Shown: positions 9,739-19,457 of the stretch, piece after piece
How positions within the stretch are numbered: the first letter of the stretch is position 1
Layout of the letters: each line of letters begins with the position of its first letter
NCBI GenBank assembly: GCA_037440005.1
Contig: JBBIUY010000023.1
Span: forward strand, 1-45,394
Direction of reading: 5' to 3'
Length of the DNA: 45,394 nucleotides
Origin: Armatimonadota bacterium
GTDB taxonomy: Bacteria; Sysuimicrobiota; Sysuimicrobiia; Sysuimicrobiales; Kaftiobacteriaceae
The notes under the pieces: model-generated
The model's input: the letters and a program-made list of their open reading frames with translations, nothing else
Databases searched by the model: none
Told to the model about the DNA's origin: nothing
Position numbers and translations under genes: made by a program

Positions 9739-11443
9739 CGTGACCGACCAGTTCGTCTTTCCACCCCCGCCGTCCCCCGACGCCATCGAGTGGCCCGGCA
9801 CCCCCATCGGCCTGTCCAACGTGATCACCCGGACCCGCACCCGGACCCGCGTCTACGACAAGGCCATCGACCGCCAGCCCGGGCGGCGGGACCAGCTGGT
9901 GAAGTCCGCCGTCGCCCACCTGATCCGGACGGCGGGATCGGAGCCGGTGTACCAGCACGACGTGGTCATCCACGGGGTGCGGGTGCGCGTCCTCACCAAC
10001 TCCGACCACCTGTACGACTTCTGGGTGGACAACTGGTACAGCCCCCGGGAGTGGCAGGAGGCGACCGGGCGGGTGCCGCCCCCCGACCCCCAGGTCCACG
10101 TCTACGCCCTGGGCCGGGTCCCCGACCAGCCCGAGGCGGCCTACTACAGCCGGTCCACCAACACCATCGTGTTCTTCAACACCGCCTACTACGGGCAGCT
10201 CAAGAGCTGGGTCCTGGGGGCGGTGGGGCGGGTGCTGGCCGAAGAGCACGGCATCCACTCCATCCACGGGGCCTGCGTGGAGACAGCCGGACGGGGGATC
10301 CTGTACATCGCGCCCACCGGGACCGGCAAGAGCACGTCGTCGTACGGTCTGGTCGGCCGGCCGGACACCCGGTTTCACTCCGACGACTGGGTGTACGTGC
10401 GGTACGTCTACCGGACCACCGACGGGCGCCGGCTGCACCCGCGGGCGGTCACCCTGCCCGGGGGCGGGCGGATCGTGGGATACCGGGTGTTCCGCTGGCT
10501 GCGGGAGCGCGCCGTTCCGGGAGCCGTGGTCAGCGGGGTGGACCTGGAGGACCGGGAGGTCTCCGTGCCCGTGGAGGCCCTGGACCTGGCCGCGCCGGTG
10601 GACGCCTGCGCCTTCACCTCCGAGAAGATCTTCTACCTGCGCACCAACCTGGTGGAGAACTTCCCCCTGGCCGCCCCGCGGATGCTGCGGGCCAAGCTGG
10701 AGAACGTGCCGGACGTCACCCCGGCGTTCCTGCGCGCCCACGACCGCCAGCTGGACGAGTTGGCCGAGGCCATCCTGGGGCAGGGCGGATCCGCCGACCC
10801 CGCCCTGGAGGGTCTGTCCCGGGAGGACCTCAAGCGGGCGCTCGCCCGCCTCATCGCCTTCGACAACGCCCGGGCCATGCTGGACATCGGCACCGTGCTG
10901 CCGCCCCAGCGGGTGTACGCCAACCCTCTGGAGCCCACCCGGCTGAACACGGTGATCCTCCTCCGACGGGACCCCGACGATCCCACCGTGGCCGAACGCC
11001 TGGACCTGCCGGCGTTCATCAGCCGGCTGCTGGTGGGGGAGACCCCGGCCCGCACCCGGGAGGTGGCCTACAACGCCTACCGGGCGGTGGACGACGCAGC
11101 CGAGCGGGCGTTCGTCGACAGCCTGCTGGAGAGCGTGGCGAGTGGGGGAGGCCGGCCGGACCCCGCCGCGCTGTACCGGGCCTACCGCGCGCACCCCCAG
11201 GTGCCGGAGACGCTGCAGGAGGAGTTCGAGCTGTTCGAGGTCCTGCACCGGGCCTGCCGGTGCTACGGCATCAACACCGTGCTCACCGCCGATCCGGCCG
11301 TGGGGGGCCTGAAGGAGGCCGTCGCCCTGACCCTGGACCTCATCGTGCGGCTGGCGGAGGAGGCTCCGGACCCCCTGCGGCTGACCCTGCAGACCTACCG
11401 GGAGTTCCTCGCCCGCCCCGCCGCCGCCCGGCGGTCCTGGTGA
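9739..11443 (+). CDS. Divergent PEP carboxykinase (ATP)/HPr kinase-like P-loop protein
   Basis: GAGGAGG RBS then GTG 9739; NTAYYGQLKS, IHGAC, APTGTGKST, HSDDW, EKIFYLRT, LENV, DNARA in PckA-like order. Confidence 0.65.
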
Positions 11444-11458
11444 GGGGGGAGGCCGGCG

Positions 11459-12499
11459 ATGGCCCGGGCGGCGGTGATGCGGGCGGTGGTCAAATCCGAC
11501 GCCGGGCCCGGCCTGGAGCTGGCCACAGTCCCGGTGCCGCGGCCGGGGCCGGGGGAGGTTCTGGTGCAGGTGTGGGCCGCCGGGATCTGCGGCACCGACC
11601 TGCACATCGCCGCCTGGGATGCCTGGGCCCGGTCCCGGGTGGTCCCGCCGCGGGTGATCGGCCACGAGTTCTGCGGCATCGTGGTGGAGACCGCGGGCGA
11701 CGTGGAGGACGTCGCCGTCGGGGACTTTGTCAGCGGGGAAGGGCACGTCGCCTGCGGCCGCTGCCGGCCCTGCCGGACGGGGCTGAGTCACCTCTGCGAG
11801 AGGCTGCAGGTGATCGGGATCGACAGGGACGGCGCGTTTGCCGAGTACGTGGCCCTGCCGGCCCGCAACGCGTGGAAGGTCGATCCCGCCATCCCCCGGG
11901 ACGTGGCCGCCATCATGGACCCCCTGGGCAACGCGGTGCACGCGGCGCTGGAGGCGCCGCTGGCCGCGCGGCGGGTGGCGGTGGTGGGCTGCGGTCCCAT
12001 CGGCCTGATGGCCATTGCCGTCTGCCGGATGGCCGGCGCCGCGTTCATCGCGGCCAGCGACATCTCCGACGCCCGGCTGGCCCTGGCCCGGCGGATGGGC
12101 GCGGACCTGGTGGTGGACGCCCGGAGCGAGGACCTGGCCGCCCGCATCCGCGATGCGGGCGAGGGCGGGGTGGACGTGGTCCTGGAGATGTCCGGGTCCG
12201 AAGCGGGGCTGGCCGACGGGCTGCGGGCTCTGCGGCCGGGAGGGTGGGTCTCGCTGCTGGGCCTGCCCGAGCAGCCGGTGCGGGTGGACCTGGCCGGCGG
12301 GGTGATCTTCAAGGGCGCGCGCGTGGTGGGGATTTTCGGGCGCAAGATCTGGCAGACCTGGGAGCAGGCCTCCGCGCTGCTGCGCGCCGGCCTGGACATC
12401 ACCCCGGTGATCACCCACCGGCTGCCCCTGGAGCGGTTCCCGGAGGCGGTGGACCTCCTGCGGGCCGGAGCCGCCGGCAAGGTGCTACTCTATCTGTGA
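11459..12499 (+). CDS. tdh: L-threonine 3-dehydrogenase
   Basis: GICGTDLHI, GHEFCG, VSGEGHVACGRCRPC, DPLGNAVH, GCGPIG, VLEMSG; adjacent kbl. Confidence 0.9.
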   Translation: MARAAVMRAVVKSDAGPGLELATVPVPRPGPGEVLVQVWAAGICGTDLHIAAWDAWARSRVVPPRVIGHEFCGIVVETAGDVEDVAVGDFVSGEGHVACGRCRPCRTGLSHLCERLQVIGIDRDGAFAEYVALPARNAWKVDPAIPRDVAAIMDPLGNAVHAALEAPLAARRVAVVGCGPIGLMAIAVCRMAGAAFIAASDISDARLALARRMGADLVVDARSEDLAARIRDAGEGGVDVVLEMSGSEAGLADGLRALRPGGWVSLLGLPEQPVRVDLAGGVIFKGARVVGIFGRKIWQTWEQASALLRAGLDITPVITHRLPLERFPEAVDLLRAGAAGKVLLYL

Positions 12500-12556
12500 G
12501 GCGCCTCCACAGGAGGCGCGCCCGCCGCCCGGGGCGGCGGGACGGGTGGGAGGACC

Positions 12557-13738
12557 ATGGGCAATCCGTTGGCCTATCTGGACAGGGAACTGGACGAACT
12601 GCGGGAGCGGGGCCTGTTCCGCTGGCCCCGGCTGCTGGAAGGTCCTCAGGAGCCGGTGGCGCGCTACGACGGCCGGGAGGTCATCAACCTGTGCTCCAAC
12701 AACTACCTGGGCCTGGCCACCCACCCCCGGCTGAAGGCGGCGGCCCGCCGGGCCCTGGACGAGCTGGGCGTCGGCTCCGGAGCCGTGCGCACCATCGCCG
12801 GCAACATGGCCATCCACCGGGAGCTGGAGCAGGAGCTGGCGCGGTTCAAGCAGACCGACGCGGCGCTGCTGTTCCAGTCGGGGTTCACCGCCAACGCGGG
12901 CACGGTGGCGGCCCTGCTGGGTAAGGAGGACGTGATCGTCAGCGACGAGCTCAACCACGCCAGCATCATCGACGGCGCCCGGCTGTCGGGGGCCCAGAAG
13001 AAGATCTACCCCCACAAGGACGTGGCGGCCGCCCGGCGGCTGCTGGAGGAGTCCCGCGGGGCCCGGCGGATCCTCCTCATCACCGACGGGGTGTTCAGCA
13101 TGGACGGCGACATCGCGCCCCTGCCGGACCTGGTGGCCCTGGCGGAGGAGTTCGGCGCCATCATGATGGTGGACGACGCCCACGCCAGCGGCGTCCTGGG
13201 CCACCAGGGACGGGGGACGGTGGACCACTTCGGCCTGCACGGCCGGGTGCACATCCAGGTGGGGACCCTGTCCAAGGCGTTTGCCGCCCAGGGCGGGTAC
13301 GTGGCCGGCAGCCAGACGCTGGCCGACTACCTGATCCACAAGGCCCGACCGCTGCTGTTTTCCACGTCCCACCCCCCGGCGGTGGCGGCGTCGGCCCTGG
13401 CCGCCGTGCGATTGGTGCAGGAAGAGCCGGAGCTCATCGAGCGGCTGTGGGACAACACCCGCTTTTTCAAGAGGAGTCTGGCCCAGCAGGGCTGGAACAC
13501 CGGCGCCAGCGAGACGCCCATCACGCCGGTGATCGTGGGAGACGAGCGGCTGGCCATGGAGCTGTCGGACCGGCTGTTTGCCGCCGGGGTGTTCGCCCAG
13601 GGGATCGCCTTCCCCACCGTCCCCCGGGGCGCCGCCCGGGTGCGCACCATCGTGACCGCCGCCCACACCCGGACGCACCTGCACAAGGCCCTGGACGCGT
13701 TCGAGAAGGTGGGGCGCGAACTGCGCCTGATCCCATGA
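12557..13738 (+). CDS. kbl: Glycine C-acetyltransferase (2-amino-3-ketobutyrate CoA ligase)
   Basis: NLCSNNYLGL, SDELNHASIIDG, DDAHASG, GTLSKA PLP lysine; follows tdh. Confidence 0.88.
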   Translation: MGNPLAYLDRELDELRERGLFRWPRLLEGPQEPVARYDGREVINLCSNNYLGLATHPRLKAAARRALDELGVGSGAVRTIAGNMAIHRELEQELARFKQTDAALLFQSGFTANAGTVAALLGKEDVIVSDELNHASIIDGARLSGAQKKIYPHKDVAAARRLLEESRGARRILLITDGVFSMDGDIAPLPDLVALAEEFGAIMMVDDAHASGVLGHQGRGTVDHFGLHGRVHIQVGTLSKAFAAQGGYVAGSQTLADYLIHKARPLLFSTSHPPAVAASALAAVRLVQEEPELIERLWDNTRFFKRSLAQQGWNTGASETPITPVIVGDERLAMELSDRLFAAGVFAQGIAFPTVPRGAARVRTIVTAAHTRTHLHKALDAFEKVGRELRLIP

Positions 13739-13796
13739 GCCGGCCGTCGTCGCCCGCCGGCCCGCGCCGGGCTGCCCGGCGGGGCGGGGAGGGCCC

Positions 13797-15029
13797 ATGA
13801 AGGCGTTTGCCACCCTGCCGACCCCCCAGCAGGCCCGGGACGCGTTCGCGCGGGTCTACCGCCCGCAGCCCTGCGGGGTGGAGCGGGTACCGCTGCTGGC
13901 CGCCCGGGGACGGGTCCTGGCCCAGGAGGTGGTGGCGTCCACGGACCTGCCGCCCTTTGACCGGTCCTCGGTGGACGGGTACGCGGTGCGCGCCGCCGAC
14001 ACCGCCCGGGCGTCCTCGGGTGCGCCCGCCACCCTGGTCGTGGTGGGCGAAGTCCTGGTGGGCGAGCCCGTGCGCCTGATCGTGGGCCCTGGGGAGGCGG
14101 CCCGGATCCCCACCGGCGGGATGCTGCCGGAGGGCGCCGACGCGGTGGTCATGCAGGAGCACACCGTCCGCCAGGACGGGACGGTGTCGGTGGAGCGGCC
14201 GGTCCGCCCCGGCGAGAACGTGGTCCACCGGGGGGCGGACGTGCGGACGGGAGAGGTCCTGCTGCGGCCCGGCCGCCGCCTGCGCCCTCAGGACCTGGGC
14301 CTGCTGGCGGGCCTGGACATCCCCGAGGTCCTGGTCTACCGGCGGCCGGTGGTGGGGGTGATCGTGACCGGCGACGAGCTGGTCGCCCCCGGCCGGCCCC
14401 TGCGGGGAAGCCAGATCCACGACATGAACACCTACACCCTGTCAGGCCTGGTGGAGGAGACGGGAGCGCTGCCCCGCGCCTACGGGATCGTGGAGGACAA
14501 CCTGGCCGTGCTGGTCCAGGTGGCCCGGGAGGCCCACCGGGACTGCGACGCCCTGGTGCTCAGCGGCGGCAGTTCGGTGGGCCAGCGGGATCTGGTGGCC
14601 GACGCCGTCGCGGCCCTGGGGTCTCCCGGGATCGTGGTCCACGGGGTGGCCATCCGCCCCGGCAAGCCCACCATCCTGGCCGTCGCCGCGGGCAAGCCCG
14701 TGTTCGGGCTGCCGGGCAACGTGGTGTCGGCCATGGTCACCTTTGACGTCTTCGTGCGGCCGGTGCTGGAGGAGATGGCGGGGCTGCGGGAACCGCCGCG
14801 TCCCTGGCAGGTGGTCCGGGCGCGCTTGGCCCGCCCGGTAGCGGCGGCGGACCGGGAAGACCACGTGCGGGTGTCCCTGGTGGAGCGGACCGGCACCCTG
14901 TGGGCCGTCCCCCTGCCGGGGGGATCGGGCATCATCACGTCCATGGTGCGGGCCGACGGCCTGGTCACCGTCCCCCCGCACTCCGCCCTGGACGAGGGGG
15001 CCGAGGTGGAGGTCAGGCTCTTTGGCTAG
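13797..15029 (+). CDS. moeA: Molybdopterin molybdenumtransferase
   Basis: PPFDRSSVDGYA, IPTGGMLPEGADAVVMQE, TGDEL, SGGSSVG, RPGKP, GLPGN. Confidence 0.93.
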   Translation: MKAFATLPTPQQARDAFARVYRPQPCGVERVPLLAARGRVLAQEVVASTDLPPFDRSSVDGYAVRAADTARASSGAPATLVVVGEVLVGEPVRLIVGPGEAARIPTGGMLPEGADAVVMQEHTVRQDGTVSVERPVRPGENVVHRGADVRTGEVLLRPGRRLRPQDLGLLAGLDIPEVLVYRRPVVGVIVTGDELVAPGRPLRGSQIHDMNTYTLSGLVEETGALPRAYGIVEDNLAVLVQVAREAHRDCDALVLSGGSSVGQRDLVADAVAALGSPGIVVHGVAIRPGKPTILAVAAGKPVFGLPGNVVSAMVTFDVFVRPVLEEMAGLREPPRPWQVVRARLARPVAAADREDHVRVSLVERTGTLWAVPLPGGSGIITSMVRADGLVTVPPHSALDEGAEVEVRLFG

Positions 15030-15582
15030 GCGACCGGCCGGCCGCGCGGCGGGGAGGGGCGGTGCGGCGCGGTCCCGGGTTGTCGCGACACCGCGGCCGC
15101 GCGGGTGGACCCACGTGGATGCCTCCGGGCGCGTGCGGATGGTAGACGTGTCCGGGAAGCCGCAGACGGTGCGGGTGGCCGTGGCCCGGGGGGAGGTGCG
15201 CATGCGCCCGGAGACGCTGGCGCAGATCCGGGCCCACCAGGTGGCCAAGGGGGATGTGCTGGCCACCGCCCACGTGGCCGGAGTCCTGGCCGCCAAGCGG
15301 ACCGACGAGCTGATCCCCCTGGCCCACCCCCTGCCGCTGACGGGGGTGGATCTGTCCTTCCGCCTGGACGAGCGCGCCAGCGCCGTGCAGATCGAGGCGA
15401 CGGTGCGGACGCGGGCCCCCACGGGGGTGGAGATGGAGGCGCTGGCGGCGGTGGCGGCGGCGGCGCTGACCATCTACGACATGTGCAAGGCGGTGGACAG
15501 GGAGATGACCATCGAGGGGATCCGCCTGGTGAGCAAGAGCGGCGGCCGCAGCGGCGACTACCGCCGCCCCGGAGAGCCATGA
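15022..15582 (+). CDS. moaC: Cyclic pyranopterin monophosphate synthase (true start probably later)
   Basis: THVDASGRVRMVDVSGK, KGDVL, LIPLAHPL, TGVEMEAL, IYDMCKAVD, KSGGRSG. Confidence 0.93.
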   Translation: MARRPAGRAAGRGGAARSRVVATPRPRGWTHVDASGRVRMVDVSGKPQTVRVAVARGEVRMRPETLAQIRAHQVAKGDVLATAHVAGVLAAKRTDELIPLAHPLPLTGVDLSFRLDERASAVQIEATVRTRAPTGVEMEALAAVAAAALTIYDMCKAVDREMTIEGIRLVSKSGGRSGDYRRPGEP

Positions 15583-16133
15583 CGTCCCCCGACCTGCGCG
15601 GCGTGCGCGCCGCCGTGCTCACCCTCAGCGACTCCATCGCCCGGGGGGACCACCCGGACGCCAGCGGCGACCTGATCGTCGGGATGCTGCGGGAGCGGGG
15701 CGCGGAGGTGGTGGCCCGTGACGTGCTGCCCGACGACCGGGAGCGCATCGCCGACCGCCTGCGGGCGTACGCGGACGCCCTGGCGGTCGACCTGGTGCTG
15801 ACCACGGGCGGCAGCGGCCTGTCCGCCCGCGACGTGACCCCGGAGGCGACGCTGCAGGTGGTCGAGCGCCTGGTGCCCGGGATCCCCGAGGCCGCGCGGG
15901 TGCAGACGGCGCAGGCCACCCCGCTGGCGATGCTGTCCCGGGGCGTGGCCGGCGTGCGGGGGCGCACCCTCATCGTCAACCTGCCCGGCAGTCCCCGGGG
16001 GGTCCGGCAGTGGCTGGAGGTGATCCTGCCCGCGGTACGCCACGCCGTGGAACTGGTCCGCGGGGAACCGCGGCCCTGGGGCCACCCCCACGACGAGGCG
16101 GCCGCTCCGTCCGCCTCCCCGGAGGAGCCATGA
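15579..16133 (+). CDS. mog: Molybdopterin adenylyltransferase (MogA/MoaB family)
   Basis: ATG overlaps the moaC stop; VLTLSD, TTGGSGLSARDVTPEAT, MLSRGVAG, NLPGSP. Confidence 0.88.
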   Translation: MTSPDLRGVRAAVLTLSDSIARGDHPDASGDLIVGMLRERGAEVVARDVLPDDRERIADRLRAYADALAVDLVLTTGGSGLSARDVTPEATLQVVERLVPGIPEAARVQTAQATPLAMLSRGVAGVRGRTLIVNLPGSPRGVRQWLEVILPAVRHAVELVRGEPRPWGHPHDEAAAPSASPEEP

Positions 16134-16522
16134 ACTCCCGGAACGCCAGCCACTGCTTTGTCTGCGGGCCGGACAACCCCATCGGTCTGAAGCTGACCTT
16201 CCGGGCGTACCAGGACGGGGTGCAGGCCACGTTCGTGCCCACCGACCTGCACGTGGGCTACGACGGCCTGGTGCACGGCGGGATCCTGGCCGCCCTGGTG
16301 GACGACGCCCTGGCCAACATTTGGTTCATGCGGGGCCAGCCCGCGGTGACCGGCAGGATCGAGGTGCGCTTCCGCCGCCCCGTGCGGCCCGGCGACCACC
16401 TGGTGGTCACCGCGCGGCCGACGGGCTCCCGGGGCGGGCTGCACACCGGCCGGGTGGTCATCACCCGGGACGGGACCGTGGTGGCCGAGGGCGCTGGCGT
16501 GGTGGCGGTGCGACCACCGTGA
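16130..16522 (+). CDS. PaaI-family hotdog thioesterase
   Basis: HCFVCGPDNPIGLKL, GLVHGGILAALVDD, VRFRRPV; ATGA coupling. Confidence 0.85.
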   Translation: MNSRNASHCFVCGPDNPIGLKLTFRAYQDGVQATFVPTDLHVGYDGLVHGGILAALVDDALANIWFMRGQPAVTGRIEVRFRRPVRPGDHLVVTARPTGSRGGLHTGRVVITRDGTVVAEGAGVVAVRPP

Positions 16523-16779
16523 CGGCGGGACGGGCCCTGTGGGCGGCGGCGCTGGTGGTGACGGCGGCGGTGGTGGTCCGCCACCACCGGGACTACGTGC
16601 GGGGCAGGCGGCCTCTGTCCTTCGGCGCCTTCCTGGAGACCGCGGGGTGGATCGTGCTGGCCCTCGTGGCGGCCGCCGGGCTGGCCGGTGGCGCCGCCCG
16701 TCCCGGCACCCGCATCGTGGAGATCGCCGCCGCGGTGGTGGGCGCGCTCCTGGTGGGCGTGGGCGGCCAGCTGCGGTGA
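16519..16779 (+). CDS. Small hypothetical membrane protein (3 TM)
   Basis: GTGA coupling to the thioesterase stop; hydrophobic segments; ends 17 nt before smpB. Confidence 0.6.
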   Translation: MTAGRALWAAALVVTAAVVVRHHRDYVRGRRPLSFGAFLETAGWIVLALVAAAGLAGGAARPGTRIVEIAAAVVGALLVGVGGQLR

Positions 16780-16796
16780 GCGGGGGAGGGGACGCG

Positions 16797-17285
16797 ATGG
16801 CCACCGAGAGCGCTCCCCGGGTCGTGGCCACCAACCGCCGGGCGCGGTTTGAGTACCACATCGAGGACACCGTCGAGGCGGGGCTGGTCCTGACGGGCAC
16901 TGAGGTGAAGTCGCTGCGGGCCGGCCGGGCCAGCATCCAGGAGGCCTACGCCCGGGTGGAAGGCGGCGAGGTCTGGCTGTACCACATGCACATCCCCCCC
17001 TACGAGGCGGGGAGCATCTTCAACCACGATCCCCTGCGGCGGCGCAAGCTGCTGCTGCACCGGCACGAGATCCGCCGGCTGGCCGGCACGGTGGCGCAGA
17101 AAGGGTACACCCTCATCCCCCTGCGGGTGTACTTCGCCCGGGGGGTGGCCAAGGTGGAGCTGGCCCTGGCCCGGGGCAAGCGGCGGTACGACCGGCGGGC
17201 GGCCATCGAGGAGCGGGAGGCTGCCCGGCGCATCGCCCGGGCCCTGCGCCGCCGGGGACCCGCACCGGGTGGGGGAGGCGCCTAG
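16797..17285 (+). CDS. smpB: SsrA-binding protein
   Basis: NRRARFEY, EAGLVLTGTEVKSLRAG, RKLLLHRHEI, GKRRYDRR; GGAGG RBS. Confidence 0.96.
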   Translation: MATESAPRVVATNRRARFEYHIEDTVEAGLVLTGTEVKSLRAGRASIQEAYARVEGGEVWLYHMHIPPYEAGSIFNHDPLRRRKLLLHRHEIRRLAGTVAQKGYTLIPLRVYFARGVAKVELALARGKRRYDRRAAIEEREAARRIARALRRRGPAPGGGGA

Positions 17286-17328
17286 CCGAAGCACCGGACG
17301 GGCAGAGTACGGGCAGGAGGGGATCCCA

Positions 17329-18144
17329 GTGCCTGCCGCCCTGACGGCCGTCCTGGCCGCCCTCAGTACCTGCGCCGCCGCCTACGGAGCCCACCTGCTG
17401 TCGCTCGCCCACGTCAACCTGCTCGCCGCCGTGCCCGTGGGGGCCGCGCTTATCGGCGCCACCTCGGTCCTGGGCGTGGTGGCGGGCATCCGCCTCACCC
17501 ACAACCACGACACCGCCGGCTTCCGCATCTTCGCCCAGGTGGGCGGCGTGGCCGCATACGCCGGGGCCGTGCTGCTGGACTACCTGGCCTACCGGGCGCG
17601 GGCGGGGGCCGGTGCGGGGGCGGCGGACCTGCTGGCGATCCTGGACTACGTCCGCCTGCTGGTCTCCCAGGGGGCGGCGGCCATCGCCGCCCAGATGCCT
17701 TCCCAGATCCCCCTACCGGCGCCCGCGGCCCTGTGGCTGGGGGTGGTGCGGCTGCTGGTGGAGGTCCTGGCGGCGGGTGTCAGCACGGGGTGGACCATCT
17801 CGTACCTGACCGGCGTGCCCTTCTGCTGGAAGAACCGCCGCTTCTACGAGCTGCGCCACCTGGTGGAAAGCGCCAACCAGGCGGCGGTCCGGGAGTGGGA
17901 GACGGCCATCCACCAGCGCCGCCCTCTGGAAGCCCGCGCCCTGCTGGCGCGGGTCCGGGCCGGGCGGGTGCAGCGGACCGACCGCACCTGGATGCGGATC
18001 GTCGTCCACCAGTGCCCCATCTGCCATGCGGCCCGGGTCCGCATCGAGCGGTGCCGCCGGACGCCCCTGGGAGGCGTGGTGGCGGAGTCGGCCCAGGAGA
18101 TGGAGTTCGACGCCGTCCGGGGCGCGGCGCTGCTGGCCACCTGA
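17329..18144 (+). CDS. Hypothetical membrane protein with C-terminal Cys-containing soluble domain
   Basis: AGGAGG RBS + GTG 17329; about 4 TM helices, then FCWKN...CPICH. Confidence 0.65.
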   Translation: MPAALTAVLAALSTCAAAYGAHLLSLAHVNLLAAVPVGAALIGATSVLGVVAGIRLTHNHDTAGFRIFAQVGGVAAYAGAVLLDYLAYRARAGAGAGAADLLAILDYVRLLVSQGAAAIAAQMPSQIPLPAPAALWLGVVRLLVEVLAAGVSTGWTISYLTGVPFCWKNRRFYELRHLVESANQAAVREWETAIHQRRPLEARALLARVRAGRVQRTDRTWMRIVVHQCPICHAARVRIERCRRTPLGGVVAESAQEMEFDAVRGAALLAT

Positions 18145-18164
18145 CCGGGCGGTCGGGCGCTCCG

Positions 18165-18173
18165 TGCTATAAT
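18165..18173 (+). promoter_or_regulatory. Extended -10 promoter of ssrA
   Basis: TGcTATAAT 12 nt upstream of the tmRNA 5' end. Confidence 0.75.
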
Positions 18174-18185
18174 GGGTGTGAGCGT

Positions 18186-18537
18186 GGGGGCGAACGGTCT
18201 CGACTGGGATGGCAGAAGCGAGGCTGCGCGCCGAGGGGGTCCGGGACCTCGTTAATCAGCCGGACGGCGAATACACGCCAACACCCAGTACGCCTACGCT
18301 GCCTAAGTAGCAGCGTACGTCCGCCCGGGAGTGCCGGCGGCCCGGGACGGGCGCCACCAGCCGGCTACCGCGGCGGAGGGCCGGCCCGGCAGCCGTCGCG
18401 GGAACGCCAACGGGCTGGCATCCGGCGATCCCGCCCGGGGGAGAGGCCGGATGCGAGAGGCCAAACCCGGGATACGCGCGTAGACGCCTGGCCCTCGCCC
18501 TCCCAGGACGCGGGTTCGATTCCCGCCGCCTCCACCA
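18186..18537 (+). ncRNA. ssrA: tmRNA; tag reading frame 18277-18306 encodes ANTQYAYAA*
   Basis: 5' GGGGGCGAACGGTCTCGAC, 3' GACGCGGGTTCGATTCCCGCCGCCTCCACCA, about 352 nt, downstream of smpB. Confidence 0.96.
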
Positions 18538-18581
18538 AACCAGCCAGTGCAACCCCGCTGACGTCTGCCCCGGGGCGTACT

Positions 18582-18604
18582 GCGGGAATCGAGCCCGCGT
18601 CCTG
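18582..18604 (-). repeat. Inverted copy of the tmRNA T-arm region (18504-18526)
   Basis: GCGGGAATCGAGCCCGCGTCCTG is the reverse complement of CAGGACGCGGGTTCGATTCCCGC at 22/23 nt. Confidence 0.9.
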
Positions 18605-18614
18605 AGGGTCTTGC

Positions 18615-19457
18615 TCACAGCACCGGCAGGCCCCGCGGTCGTCCCACGGGAAACGCCTGCTCGATGCGGCGGATCTCGTCGGCGGTCAGGACCAGGTCTC
18701 CGGCGGCGGCGTTTTCCCGCACGTGGTCCACCGACGACGCCTTGGGGATGGTGAACAGCGAGGGCCGCCGCACGAGGAAGGCCAGAGCCACCTGACGCGG
18801 GGTGACTCCCCGGGCCCGCGCCACGTCCTCCAGGACCCTCCCTCCGCGGGAGCGGGGAGAGGGGAAGGCGCCGGACCCGAAGGGGCTGTAGCCCACCACG
18901 GCGATCCCGCGGGATTCGCACCAGGGCAGCACGGCGTGCTCGATGGCCCGCTCGCCCAGGTGATACAGGACCTGGTTGCAGGCCACCCGTCCCTCGCCGG
19001 CCAGCGCCACCGCGCGTTCCAGGTCGCCCACGTCGAAGTTGCTGACCCCGTAGAACCGGATCTTGCCGTCCCGCACCAGGCGGTCGAACGCCCGCACCGT
19101 CTCCTCCAGGGGGTGGGCGGAGGGCCAGTGGAGCAGGTACAGGTCCAGCCAGGTGGTGCGCAGCCGGCGCAGGCTGCCCTCGCACGCGCGCAGGACTCCC
19201 TGGTAGGTGGCGTGCTCGGGCAGGACCTTGGAGACCAGGAACACCTCGTGGCGGCGCCCGGCGATGGCCTCGCCCACGATCTCCTCCACGCGGCCGGCGC
19301 CGTACATCTCGGCGGTGTCGATGTGGGTCATGCCGGCGTCCAGGCCGGCCCGGAGAGCGGCCACCGCCTTCTGCCGGCCGTCCCGCTCCATCTGCCAGGT
19401 TCCCTGGCCGATCACCGGCACGGGAACTCCCGTCCAGCCGAACGGACGGCGGATCAC
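18615..19457 (-). CDS. Aldo/keto reductase
   Basis: IGQGTW, IDTAEMYG, FLVSKV, LDLYLLHWP, GVSNF, NQVLY, YSPFG, IPKAS; GTG start overlaps the GntR stop. Confidence 0.92.
   Translation of the reverse strand: MIRRPFGWTGVPVPVIGQGTWQMERDGRQKAVAALRAGLDAGMTHIDTAEMYGAGRVEEIVGEAIAGRRHEVFLVSKVLPEHATYQGVLRACEGSLRRLRTTWLDLYLLHWPSAHPLEETVRAFDRLVRDGKIRFYGVSNFDVGDLERAVALAGEGRVACNQVLYHLGERAIEHAVLPWCESRGIAVVGYSPFGSGAFPSPRSRGGRVLEDVARARGVTPRQVALAFLVRRPSLFTIPKASSVDHVRENAAAGDLVLTADEIRRIEQAFPVGRPRGLPVL

Noticed and set aside
12557..13738. 8-amino-7-oxononanoate synthase (bioF)
   Set aside because: Same family, but adjacency to tdh and the absence of bio genes favour kbl; dual activity is not excluded.
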